Assembly (NCBI GenBank): GCA_964016885.1 | Contig: OZ024750.1 | Coordinates: 37,758,001 to 37,822,000, forward strand | DNA: 64,000 bases | Direction: 5' to 3' | DNA from: Eledone cirrhosa | Lineage: Eukaryota | Shown here: one piece after another, positions 46,101 to 60,700 of the stretch | How the letters are laid out: the number at the start of each line of letters is the position of its first letter | Position numbering within the stretch: position 1 is the stretch's first letter | Made by a program: the position numbers and the translations under genes | The notes under the pieces: generated by a model | The model's database searches: none | The model's input: the letters and a program-made list of their open reading frames with translations, nothing else | Told to the model about the DNA's origin: nothing

Positions 46101-48700
46101 CTATGGCTAACCTGTACACTGTATGTGATGTATCATGAACCTATGGCTAACCTGTACACTGTATGTGATGTACCATGAAGTTATGACTAACATGTACACT
46201 GTATGTGATGAACCATGAAGCTATGGCTAACCTGTACACTGTATGTGATGTACCATGAAGCTATAGCTAACCTATACACTGTATGTGATGTACCATGAAG
46301 CTATGACTAACCTGTACACTGTATGTGATGTACCATGAAGCTATGACTAACCTGTACACTGTATGTGATGTACCATGAAGCTATGGCTAAACTTTACACT
46401 GTATGTGATGTACCATGACGCTATGACTAACCTGTACACTGTATGTGATGTACCATGAAGCTATGGCTAACCTGTACACTGTATGTGATGTACCATGAAG
46501 CTATGGCTAACCTGTACACTGTATGTGATGTACCATGAAGCTATGGCTAACCTGTACACTGTATGTGATGTACCATGAAGCTATGACTAACCTTTACACT
46601 GTATGTGATGTACCATGAAGCTATGACTAACCTGTACACTGTATGTGATGTACCATGAAGCTATAGCTAACCTGTACACTGTATGTGATGTACCATGAAG
46701 CTATGGCTAACCTGTACACTGTATGTGATGTACCATGAAGCTATGACTAACCTGTACACTGTATATGATGTACCATGAAGCTATGACTAACCTGTACACT
46801 GAATGTGATGTACCATGAAGCTATGACTAACATGTACACTGTATGTGATGTACCATGAAGCTATGACTAACCTGTACACTGTATGTGATGTACCATGAAG
46901 CTATGCTAACCTGTACACTGTATGTGATGTACCATGAAGCTATGGCTAACCTGTACAATGTATGTGATGTACCATGAAGCTATGACTAACCTATACACTG
47001 TATGTGATGTACCATGAAGCTATGACTAACCTGTACACTGTATGTGATGTACCATGAAGCTATGGCTAACCTGTACACTGTATGTGATGTACCATGAAGC
47101 TATGACTAACCTGTACACTCTATGTGATGTACCATGAAGCTATGGCTAACCTGTACACTGTATGTGATGTACCATGACGCTATAGCTAACCTGTACACTG
47201 TATGTGATGTACCATGAAGCTATGGCTAACCTGTACACTGTATGTGATGTACCATGAAGCCATGACTAACCTGTACACTTTATATGATGTACCATGAAGC
47301 TATGACTAACCTTTACACTGTATGTGATGTACCATGAAGCTATGGCTAACATGTACACTGTATGTGATGTACCATGAAGCTATGACTAACCTGTACACTG
47401 TATGTGATGTACCATGATGCTATGGCTAACCTGTACACTGTATGTGATGTACCATGAAGTTATGACTAACCTGTACACTGTATGTGATGTTCCATGAAGT
47501 TATGACTAACATGTACACTGTATGTGATGTACCATGAAGCTATGACTAACCTGTACACTGTATGTGATGTACCATGAATCTATGGCTAACCTGTACACTG
47601 TATGTGATGTACCGTGAAGCTATGACTAACCTATACACTCTATGTGATGTACCATGAAGCTATGTCTAACCTGTACACCGTATGTGATGTACCATGAAGC
47701 TATGACTAACCTATACACTGTATGTGATGTACCATGAAGCTATGACTAACCTGTACCCTGTATGTGATGTACCATGAAGCTATGACTAACCTATACACTG
47801 TATGTGATGTACCATGCAGCTATGACTAACCTGTACACTGTATGTGATGTACCATGAAGCTATGGCTAACCTGTACACTGTATGTCATGTACCATGAAGC
47901 TATGGCTAACCTGTACACTGTATGTGATGTACCATGAAGTTATAGCTAACCTGTACACTGTATGTGATGTACTATGAAGCTATGACTAATCTGTACACTG
48001 TATGTGATGTACCATGAAGCTATGACTAATCTGTACACTGTATGTGATGTAACATGAAGCTATAGCTAACCTGTACACTGTATGTGATGTACCATGAAGC
48101 TATTACTAACCTATACACTGTATGTGATGTACCATGAAGCTATAGCTAACCTATACACTGTATGTGATGTACCATGAAGTTATAGCTAACCTGTACACTG
48201 TATGTGATGTACCATGAAGCTATGACTAATCTGTACACTGTATGTGATGTACCATGAAGCTATAGCTAACCGGTACACTGTATGTGATGTACCATGAAGC
48301 TATGACTAACCTGTACACTGTATGTGATGTACCATGAAGCTATGACTAACCTGTACACTGTATGTGATGTAACATGAAGCTATAGCTAACCTGTACACTG
48401 TATGTGATGTACCATGAAGCTATGACTAACCTGTACACCGTATGTGATGTACCATGAAGCTATAGCTAACCTATACACTGTATGTGATGTACCATGAAAC
48501 TATGACTAACCTGTACACTGTATGTGATGTACCATGAAGCTATGGCTAACCTGTACATTGTATGTGATGTAACATGAAGCTATAGCTAACCTGTACACTG
48601 TATGTGATGTACCATGAAGCTATGACTAACCTGTACACTGTATGTGATGTACCATGAAGCTATGACTAACCTGTACACTGTATGTGATGTACCATGAAGC
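40150..48700 (+). repeat. About 2.4 consecutive HOR copies with periods 3,639 and 3,439 bp (91 and 86 monomers)
   Basis: CCGTG at 40534/44173/47612; ATTACTAACC at 41024/44663/48102; 39-mers at 43464/46903; rare CCATGATGCT at 43973/47412. Confidence 0.85.
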
Positions 48701-51540
48701 TATGGCTAACCTGTACACTTTATGTGATGTACTATGAAGCTATGGCTAACCTGTACACTGTCTATGATGTACCATGAAGCTATGACTAACCTTTACACTG
48801 TATGTGATGTACCATGAAGCTATGGCTAACATGTACACTGTATGTGATGTACCATGAAGCTATGACTAACCTGTACACTGTATGTGATGTACCATGAAGC
48901 TATGGCTAACCTGTACACTGTATGTGATGTACCATGAAGCTATGACTAACCTGTACACTGTATGTGATGTACCATGAAGCTATGGCTAACCTGTACACTG
49001 TATGTGATGTACCATGAACCTATGGCTAACCTGTACACTGTATGTGATGTACCATGAAGTTATGACTAACATGTACACTGTATGTGATGTACCATGAAGC
49101 TATGGCTAGCCTGTACACTGTATGTGATGTACCATGAAGCTATAGCTAACCTATACACTGTATGTGATGTACCATGAAGCTATGACTAACCTGTACACTG
49201 TATGTGATGTACCATGAAGCTATGACTAACCTATACACTGTATGTGATGTACCATGAAGCTATGACTAACCTGTACACTGAATGTGATGTACCATGAAGC
49301 TATGACTAACATGTACACTGTATGTGATGTACCATGAAGCTATGCTAACCTGTACACTGTATGTGATGTACCATGAAGCTATGGCTAACCTGTACAATGT
49401 ATGTGATGTACCATGAAGCTATGACTAACCTATACACTGTATGTGATGTACCATGAAGCTATGACTAACCTGTACACTGTATGTGATGTACCATGAAGCT
49501 ATGGCTAACCTGTACACTGTATGTGATGTACCATGAAGCTATGACTAACCTGTACACTGTATGTGATGTACCATGAAGCTATGGCTAACCTGTACACTGT
49601 ATGTGATGTACCATGAAGCTATGACTAATCTGTACACTGTATGTGATGTACCATGAAGCTATAGCTAACCGGTACACTGTATGTGATGTACCATGAAGCT
49701 ATGACTAACCTGTACACTGTATGTGATGTACCATGAAGCTATGACTAACCTGTACACTGTATGTGATGTAACATGAAGCTATAGCTAACCTGTACACTGT
49801 ATGTGATGTACCATGAAGCTATGACTAACCTGTACACTGTATGTGATGTACCATGAAGCTATAGCTAACCTATACACTGTATGTGATGTACCATGAAACT
49901 ATGACTAACCTGTACACTGTATGTGATGTACCATGAAGCTATGGCTAACCTGTACACTGTATGTGATGTAACATGAAGCTATAGCTAACCTGTACACTGT
50001 ATGTGATGTACCATGAAGCTATGACTAACCTGTACACTGAATGTGATGTACCATGAAGCTATGACTAACCTGTACACTGTATGTGATGTACCATGAAGCT
50101 ATAGCTAACCTGTACACTGTATGTGATGTACCATGAAGCTATGGCTAACCTGTACACTGTATGTGATGTACCATGAAGCTATGGCTAACCTGTACACTGT
50201 ATATGGTGTACCATGAAACTATGACTAACCTTTACACTGTATGTGATGTACCATGAAGCTATGGCTAACATGTACACTGTATGGGAAGTACCATGAAGCT
50301 ATGACTTACCTGTACACTGTATGTGATGTACCATGAAGCTATGGCTAACCTGTACACTGTATGTGATGTACCATGAAGCTATGACTAACCTGTACACTGT
50401 ATGTGATGTTCCATGAAGCTATGACTAACCTGTACACTGTATGTGATGTACCATGAAGCTATGGCTAACCTGTACACTGTATGTGATGTACCATGAAGCT
50501 ATGACTAACCTGTACACTGTATATGATGTACCATGAAGCTATGACTAACCTGTACACTGTATGTGATGTACCATGAAGCTATGACTAACCTGTACACTGT
50601 ATGTGATGTACCATGAAGCTATGACTAAACTATACACTGTATGTGATGTACCATGTAGCTATGACTAACCTTTCCACTGTATGTGATGTACCATGAAGCT
50701 ATGGCTAACCTGTACACTGTATGTGATGTACCATGAACCTATGGCTAACCTGTACACTGTATGTGATGTACCATGAAGTTATGACTAACATATACACTGT
50801 ATGTGATGAACCATGAAGCTATGGCTAACCTGTACACTGTATGTGATGTACCATGAAGCTATAGCTAACCTATACACTGTATGTGATGTACCATGAAGCT
50901 ATGACTAACCTGTACACTGTATGTGATGTACCATGAAGCTATGACTAACCTGTACACTGTATGTGATGTACCATGAAGCTATGGCTAACCTGTACACTGT
51001 ATGTGATGTACCATGAAGCTATGACTAACCTGTACACTGTATGTGATGTACCATGAAGCTATGGCTAACCTGTACACTGTATGTGATGTACCATGAAGCT
51101 ATGGCTAACCTGTACACTGTATGTGATGTACCATGAAGCTATGGCTAACCTGTACACTGTATGTGATGTACCATGAAGCTATGACTAACCTTTACACTGT
51201 ATGTGATGTACCATGAAGCTATGACTAACCTGTACACTGTATGTGATGTACCATGAAGATATAGCTAACCTGTACACTGTATGTGATGTACCATGAAGCT
51301 ATGGCTAACCTGTACACTGTATGTGATGTACCATGAAGCTATGACTAACCTGTACACTGTATATGATGTACCATGAAGCTATGACTAACCTGTACACTGA
51401 ATGTGATGTACCATGAAGCTATGAATAACATGTACACTGTATGTGATATACCATGAAGCTATGACTAACCTGTACACTGTATGTGATGTAACATGAAGCT
51501 ATAGCTAACCTGTACACTGTATGTGATGTACCATGAAGCT

Positions 51541-54500
51541 ATGACTAACCTGTACACTGTATGTGATGTACCATGAAGCTATAGCTAACCTATACACTGT
51601 ATGTGATGTACCATGAAACTATGACTAACCTGTACACTGTATGTGATGTACCATGAAGCTATGGCTAACCTGTACACTGTATGTGATGTAACATGAAGCT
51701 ATAGCTAACCTGTACACTGTATGTGATGTACCATGAAGCTATGACTAACCTGTACACTGTATGTGATGTACCATGAAGCTATGACTAACCTGTACACTGT
51801 ATGTGATGTACCATGAAGCTATGGCTAACCTGTACACTGTATGTGATGTACCATGAAGCTATGGCTAACCTGTACACTGTATGTGATGTACCATGAAGCT
51901 ATGGCTAACCTGTACACTGTATATGATGTACCATGAAGCTATGACTAACCTTTACACTGTGTGTGATGTACGATGAAGCTATGGCTAACATGTACACTGT
52001 ATGTGAAGTACCATGAAGCTATGACTAACCTGTACACTGTATGTGATGTACCATGAAGCTATGGCTAACCTGTACACTGTATGTGATGTACCATGAAGCT
52101 ATGACTAACCTGTACACTGTATGTGATGTTCCATGAAGCTATGACTAACCTGTACACTCTATGTGATGTACCATGAAGCTATGGCTAACCTGTACACTGT
52201 ATGTGATGTACCATGAAGCTATGACTAACCTGTACACTGTATATGATGTACCATGAAGCTATGACTAACATGTACACTGTATGCGATGTACCATGAAGCT
52301 ATGACTAACCTGTACACTGTATGTGATGTACCATGAAGCTATGACTAACCTGTACACTGTATGTGATGTACCATGAAGCTATGACTAAACTATACACTGT
52401 ATGTGATGTACCATGTAGCTATGACTAACCTTTACACTGTATGTGATGTACCATGAAGCTATGGCTAACCTGTACACTGTATGTGATGTACCATGAACCT
52501 ATGGCTAACCTGTACACTGTATGTGATGTACCATGAAGTTATGACTAACATGAACACTGTATGTGATGAACCATGAAGCTATGGCTAACCTGTACACTGT
52601 ATGTGATGTACCATGAAGCTATAGCTAACCTATACACTGTATGTGATGTACCATGAAGCTATGACTAACCTGTACACTGTCTGTGATGTACCATGAAGCT
52701 ATGACTAACCTGTACACTGTATGTGATGTACCATGAAGCTATGGCTAACCTGTACACTGTATGTGATGTACCATGAAGCTATGACTAACCTGTACACTGT
52801 ATGTGATGTACCATGAAGCTATGGCTAACCTGTACACTGTATGTGATATACCATGAAGCTATGTCTAACCTGTACACTGTATGTGATGTACCATGAAGCT
52901 ATGGCTAACCTGTACACTGTATGTGATGTACCATGAAGCTATGACTAACCTTTACACTGTATGTGATGTACCATGAAGCTATGACTAACCTGTACACTGT
53001 ATGTGATGTACCATGAAGCTATAGCTAACCTGTACACTGTATGTGATGTACCATGAAGCTATGGCTAACCTGTACACTGTATGTGATGTACCATGAAGCT
53101 ATGACTAACCTGTACACTGTATATGATGTACCATGAAGCTATGACTAACCTGTACACTGTATGTGATGTACCATGAAGCTATAGCTAACCTATACACTGT
53201 ATGTGATGTACCATGAAACTATGACTAACCTGTACACTGTATGTGATGTACCATGAAGCTATGGCTAACCTGTACACTGTATGTGATGTAACATGAAGCT
53301 ATAGCTAACCTGTACACTGTATGTGATGTACCATGAAGCTATGACTAACCTGTACACTGTATGTGATGTACCATGAAGCTATGACTAACCTGTACACTGT
53401 ATGTGATGTACCATGAAGCTATGGCTAACCTGTACACTGTATGTGATGTACCATGAAGCTATGGCTAACCTGTACACTGTATGTGATGTACCATGAAGCT
53501 ATGGCTAACCTGTACACTGTATATGATGTACCATGAAGCTATGACTAACCTTTACACTGTGTGTGATGTACGATGAAGCTATGGCTAACATGTACACTGT
53601 ATGTGAAGTACCATGAAGCTATGACTAACCTGTACACTGTATGTGATGTACCATGAAGCTATGGCTAACCTGTACACTGTATGTGATGTACCATGAAGCT
53701 ATGACTAACCTGTACACTGTATGTGATGTTCCATGAAGCTATGACTAACCTGTACACTCTATGTGATGTACCATGAAGCTATGGCTAACCTGTACACTGT
53801 ATGTGATGTACCATGAAGCTATGACTAACCTGTACACTGTATATGATGTACCATGAAGCTATGACTAACATGTACACTGTATGCGATGTACCATGAAGCT
53901 ATGACTAACCTGTACACTGTATGTGATGTACCATGAAGCTATGACTAACCTGTACACTGTATGTGATGTACCATGAAGCTATGACTAAACTATACACTGT
54001 ATGTGATGTACCATGTAGCTATGACTAACCTTTACACTGTATGTGATGTACCATGAAGCTATGGCTAACCTGTACACTGTATGTGATGTACCATGAACCT
54101 ATGGCTAACCTGTACACTGTATGTGATGTACCATGAAGTTATGACTAACATGAACACTGTATGTGATGAACCATGAAGCTATGGCTAACCTGTACACTGT
54201 ATGTGATGTACCATGAAGCTATAGCTAACCTATACACTGTATGTGATGTACCATGAAGCTATGACTAACCTGTACACTGTCTGTGATGTACCATGAAGCT
54301 ATGACTAACCTGTACACTGTATGTGATGTACCATGAAGCTATGGCTAACCTGTACACTGTATGTGATGTACCATGAAGCTATGACTAACCTGTACACTGT
54401 ATGTGATGTACCATGAAGCTATGGCTAACCTGTACACTGTATGTGATATACCATGAAGCTATGTCTAACCTGTACACTGTATGTGATGTACCATGAAGCT

Positions 54501-54740
54501 ATGGCTAACCTGTACACTGTATGTGATGTACCATGAAGCTATGACTAACCTTTACACTGTATGTGATGTACCATGAAGCTATGACTAACCTGTACACTGT
54601 ATGTGATGTACCATGAAGCTATAGCTAACCTGTACACTGTATGTGATGTACCATGAAGCTATGGCTAACCTGTACACTGTATGTGATGTACCATGAAGCT
54701 ATGACTAACCTGTACACTGTATATGATGTACCATGAAGCT
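51541..54740 (+). repeat. Tandem duplication, period 1,600 bp (40 monomers)
   Basis: GTGTGATGTACG 51961/53561, TGAACACTGT 52551/54151, CTGTGATG 52681/54281 and ATGTGATATA 52841/54441 are all offset by 1600. No differences between the copies were noticed by eye. Confidence 0.92.
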
Positions 54741-57700
54741 ATGACTAACCTGTACACTGAATGTGATGTACCATGAAGCTATGACTAACATGTACACTGT
54801 ATGTGATGTACCATGAAGCTATGACTAACCTGTACACTGTATGTGATGTACCATGAAGCTATGCTAACCTGTACACTGTATGTGATGTACCATGAAGCTA
54901 TGGCTAACCTGTACAATGTATGTGATGTACCATGAAGCTATGACTAACCTATACACTGTATGTGATGTACCATGAAGCTATGACTAACCTGTACACTGTA
55001 TGTGATGTACCATGAAGCTATGGCTAACCTGTACACTGTATGTGATGTACCATGAAGCTATGACTAACCTGTACACTGTATGTGATGTACCATGAAGCTA
55101 TGGCTAACCTGTACACTGTATGTGATGTACCATGAAGCTATAGCTAACCTGTACACTGTATGTGATGTACCATGAAGCTATGGCTAACCTGTACACTGTA
55201 TGTGATGTACCATGAAGCCATGACTAACCTGTACACTGTATATGATGTACCATGAAGCTATGACTAACCTTTACACTGTATGTGATGTACCATGAAGCTA
55301 TGGCTAACATGTACACTGTATGTGATGTACCATGAAGCTATGACTAACCTGTACACTGTATGTGATGTACCATGAAGCTATGGCTAACCTGTACACTGTA
55401 TGTGATGTACCCTGAAGTTATGACTAACCTGTACACTGTATGTGATGTTCCATGAAGTTATGACTAACATGTACACTGTATGTGATGTACCATGAAGCTA
55501 TGACTAACCTGTACACTGTATGTGATGTACCATGAATCTATGGCTAACCTGTACACTGTATGTGATGTACCGTGAAGCTATGACTAACCTATACGCTCTA
55601 TGTGATGTACCATGAAGCTATGTCTAACCTGTACACCGTATGTGATGTACCATGAAGCTATGACTAACCTATACACTGTATGTGATGTACCATGAAGCTA
55701 TGACAAACCTGTACCCTGTATGCGATGTACCATGAAGCTATGACTAACCTATACACTGTATGTGATGTACCATGCAGCTATGACTAACCTGTACACTGTA
55801 TGTGATGTACCATGAAGCTATGGCTAACCTGTACACTGTATGTGATGTACCATGAAGCTATGGCTAACCTGTACACTGTATGTGATGTACCATGAAGTTA
55901 TAGCTAACCTGTACACTGTATGTGATGTACTATGAAGCTATGACTAATCTGTACACTGTATGTGATGTACCATGAAGCTATGACTAATCTGTACACTGTA
56001 TGTGATGTAACATGAAGCTTTAGCTAACCTGTACACTGTATGTGATGTACCATGAAGCTATGACTAACCTATACACTGTATGTGATGTACCATGAAGCTA
56101 TAGCTAACCTATACACTGTATGTGATGTACCATGGAGTTATAGCTAACATGTACACTGTATGTGATGTACCATGAAGCTATGACTAATCTGTACACTGTA
56201 TGTGATGTACCATGAAGCTATAGCTAACCGGTACACTGTATGTGATGTACCATGAAGCTATGACTAACCTGTACACTGTATGTGATGTACCATGAAGCTA
56301 TGACTAACCTGTACACTGTCTGTGATGTACCATGAAGCTATAGCTAACCTATACACTCTATGTGATGTACCATGAAACTATGACTAACCTGTACACTGTA
56401 TGTGATGTACCATGAAGCTATGGCTAACCTGTACACTGTATGTGATGTAACATGAAGCTATAGCTAACCTGTACACTGTATGTGATGTACCATGAAGCTA
56501 TGACTAACCTGTACACTGTATGTGATGTACCATGAAGCTATGACTAACCTGTACACTGTATGTGATGTACCATGAAGCTATGGCTAACCTGTACACTGTA
56601 TGTGATGTACCATGAACCTATGGCTAACCTGTACACTGTATGTGATGTACCATGAAGTTATGACTAACATGTACACTGTATGTGATGTACCATGAAGCTA
56701 TGGCTAACCTGTACACTGTATGTGATGTACCATGAAGCTATGACTAACCTGTACACTGTATGTGATGTACCATGAAGCTATGACTAACCTATACACTGTA
56801 TGTGATGTACCATGAAGCTATGACTAACCTGTACACTGAATGTGATGTACCATGAAGCTATGACTACCATGTACACTGTATGTGATGTACCATGAAGCTA
56901 TGCTAACCTGTACACTGTATGTGATGTACCATGAAGCTATGGCTAACCTGTACAATGTATGTGATGTACCATGAAGCTATGACTAACCTATACACTGTAT
57001 GTGATGTACCATGAAGCTATGACTAACCTGTACACTGTATGTGATGTACCATGAAGCTATGGCTAACCTGTACACTGTATGTGATGTACCATGAAGCTAT
57101 GACTAACCTGTACACTGTATGTGATGTACCATGAAGCTATGACTAATCTGTACACTGTATGTGATGTAACATGAAGCTATAGCTAACCTGTACACTGTAT
57201 GTGATGTACCATGAAGCTATGACTAACCTATACACTGTATGTGATGTACCATGAAGCTATAGCTAACCTGTACACTGTATGTGATGTACCATGAAGTTAT
57301 AGCTAACCTGTACACTGTATGTGATGTACCATGAAGCTATGACTAATCTGTACACTGTATGTGATGTACCATGAAGCTATAGCTAACCCGTACACTGTAT
57401 GTGATGTACCATGAAGCTATGACTAACCTGTACACTGTATGTGATGTACCATGAAGCTATGACTAACCTGTACACTGTATGTTATGTAACATGAAGCTAT
57501 AGCTAACCTGTACACTGTATGTGATGTACCATGAAGCTATGACTAACCTGTACACTGTATGTGATGTACCATGAAGCTATAGCTAACCTATACACTGTAT
57601 GTGATGTACCATGAAACTATGACTAACCTGTACACTGTATGTGATGTACCATGAAGCTATGGCTAACCTGTACACTGTATGTGATGTAACATGAAGCTAT

Positions 57701-60700
57701 AGCTAAACTGTACACTGTATGTGATGTACCATGAAGCTATGACTAACCTGTACACTGTATGTGATGTACCATGAAGCTATGACTAACCTGTACACTGAAT
57801 GTGATGTACCATGAAGCTATGGCTAACCTGTACACTGTATGTGATGTACCATGAAGCTATGGCTAACCTGTACACTGTATGTGATGTACCATGAAGCTAT
57901 GGCTAACCTGTACACTGTATATGATGTACCATGAAGCTATGACTAACCTTTACACTGTATGTGATGTACCATGAAGCTATGGCTAACATGTACACTGTAT
58001 GTGATGTACCATGAAGCTATGACTAACCTGTACACTGTATGTGATGTACCATGAAGCTAAAACTAACCTGTACACTGTATGTGATGTACCATGAAGCTAT
58101 GACTAACCTGTACACTGTATGTGATGTTCCATGAAGCTATGACTAACCTGTACACTGTATGTGATGTACCATGAAGCTATGGCTAACCTGTACACTGTAT
58201 GTGATGTTCCATGAAGCTATGACTAACCTGTACACTGTATGTGATGTTCCATGAAGCTATGACTAACCTGTACACTGTATGTGATGTACCATGAAGCTAT
58301 GGCTAACCTGTACACTGTATGTGATGTAGCATGAAGCTATGACTAACCTGTACACTGTATATGATGTACCATGAAGCTATGACTAACATGTACACTGTAT
58401 GCGAAGTACCATGAAGCTATGACTAACCTGTACACTGTATGTGATGTACCATGAAGCTATGACTAATCTGTACACTGTATGTGATGTACCATGAAGCTAT
58501 GACTAACCTGTACACTGTATGTGATGTACCATGAAGCTATGACTAACCTATACACTGTATGTGTTGTACCATGTAGCTATGACTAATCTATACACTGTAT
58601 GTGATGTACCATGAAGCTATGGCTAACCTGTACACTGTATGTGATGTACCATGAAGCTATGGCTAACCTGTACACTGTATGTGATGTACCATGAAGTTAT
58701 GACTAACATGTACACTGTATGTGATGTACCATGAAGCTATGACTAACCTGTACACTGTATGTGATGTACCATGAATCTATGGCTAACCTGTACACTGTAT
58801 GTGATGTACCGTGAAGCTATGACTCACCTATACACTCTATGTGATGTACCATGAAGCTATGTCTAACCTGTACACCGTATGTGATGTACCATGAAGCTAT
58901 GACTAACCTATACACTGTATGTGATGTACCATGAAGCTATGACTAACCTGTACACTGTATGTGATGTACCATGAAGCTATGACTAACCTATACACTGTAT
59001 GTGATGTACCATGCAGCTATGACTAACCTGTACACTGTATGTGATGTACCATGAAGCTATGGCTAACCTGTACACTGTATGTGATGTACCATGAAGCTAT
59101 GGCTATCCTGTACACTGTATGTGATGTACCATGAAGTTATAGCTAGCCTGTACACTGTATGTGATGTACTATGAAGCTATGACTAATCTGTACACTGTAT
59201 GTGATGTACCATGAAGCTATGACTAATCTGTACACTGTATGTGATGTAACATTAAGCTATAGCTAACCTGTACACTGTATGTGATGTACCCTGAAGCTAT
59301 GACTAACCTATACACTGTATGTGATGTACCATGAAGCTATAGCTAACCTGTACACTGTATGTGATGTACCATGAAGTTATAGCTAACCTGTACACTGTAT
59401 GTGATGTACCATGAAGCTATGACTAATCTGTACACTGTATGTGATGTACCATGAAGCTATAGCTAACCCGTACACTGTATGTGATGTACCATGAAGCTAT
59501 GACTAACCTGTACACTGTATGTGATGTACCATGAAGCTATGACTAACCTGTACACTGTATGTGATGTACCATGAAGCTATGACTAAACTATACACTGTAT
59601 GTGATGTACCATGTAGCTATGACTAACCTTTACACTGTATGTGATGTACCATGAAGCTATGGCTAACCTGTACACTGTATGTGATGTATCATGAACCTAT
59701 GGCTAACCTGTACACTGTATGTGATGTACCATGAAGTTATGACTAACATGTACACTGTATGTGATGAACCATGAAGCTATGGCTAACCTGTACACTGTAT
59801 GTGATGTACCATGAAGCTATAGCTAACCTATACACTGTATGTGATGTACCATGAAGCTATGACTAACCTGTACACTGTATGTGATGTACCATGAAGCTAT
59901 GACTAACCTGTACACTGTATGTGATGTACCATGAAGCTATGGCTAACCTGTACACTGTATGTGATGTACCATGAAGCTATGACTAACCTGTACACTGTAT
60001 GTGATGTACCATGAAGCTATGGCTAACCTGTACACTGTATATGATGTACCATGAAGCTATGACTAACCTTTACACTGTGTGTGATGTACGATGAAGCTAT
60101 GGCTAACATGTACACTGTATGTGAAGTACCATGAAGCTATGACTAACCTGTACACTGTATGTGATGTACCATGAAGCTATGGCTAACCTGTACACTGTAT
60201 GTGATGTACCATGAAGCTATGACTAACCTGTACACTGTATGTGATGTTCCATGAAGCTATGACTAACCTGTACACTCTATGTGATGTACCATGAAGCTAT
60301 GGCTAACCTGTACACTGTATGTGATGTACCATGAAGCTATGACTAACCTGTACACTGTATATGATGTACCATGAAGCTATGACTAACATGTACACTGTAT
60401 GCGATGTACCATGAAGCTATGACTAACCTGTACACTGTATGTGATGTACCATGAAGCTATGACTAACCTGTACACTGTATGTGATGTACCATGAAGCTAT
60501 GACTAAACTATACACTGTATGTGATGTACCATGTAGCTATGACTAACCTTTACACTGTATGTGATGTACCATGAAGCTATGGCTAACCTGTACACTGTAT
60601 GTGATGTACCATGAACCTATGGCTAACCTGTACACTGTATGTGATGTACCATGAAGTTATGACTAACATGAACACTGTATGTGATGAACCATGAAGCTAT

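Noticed and set aside
58820-58826. Perfect AP-1/Gcn4-type site TGACTCA (the consensus monomer has TGACTAA)
   Set aside because: It is a single point variant among 1,600 monomers with no nearby gene, and is expected by chance.
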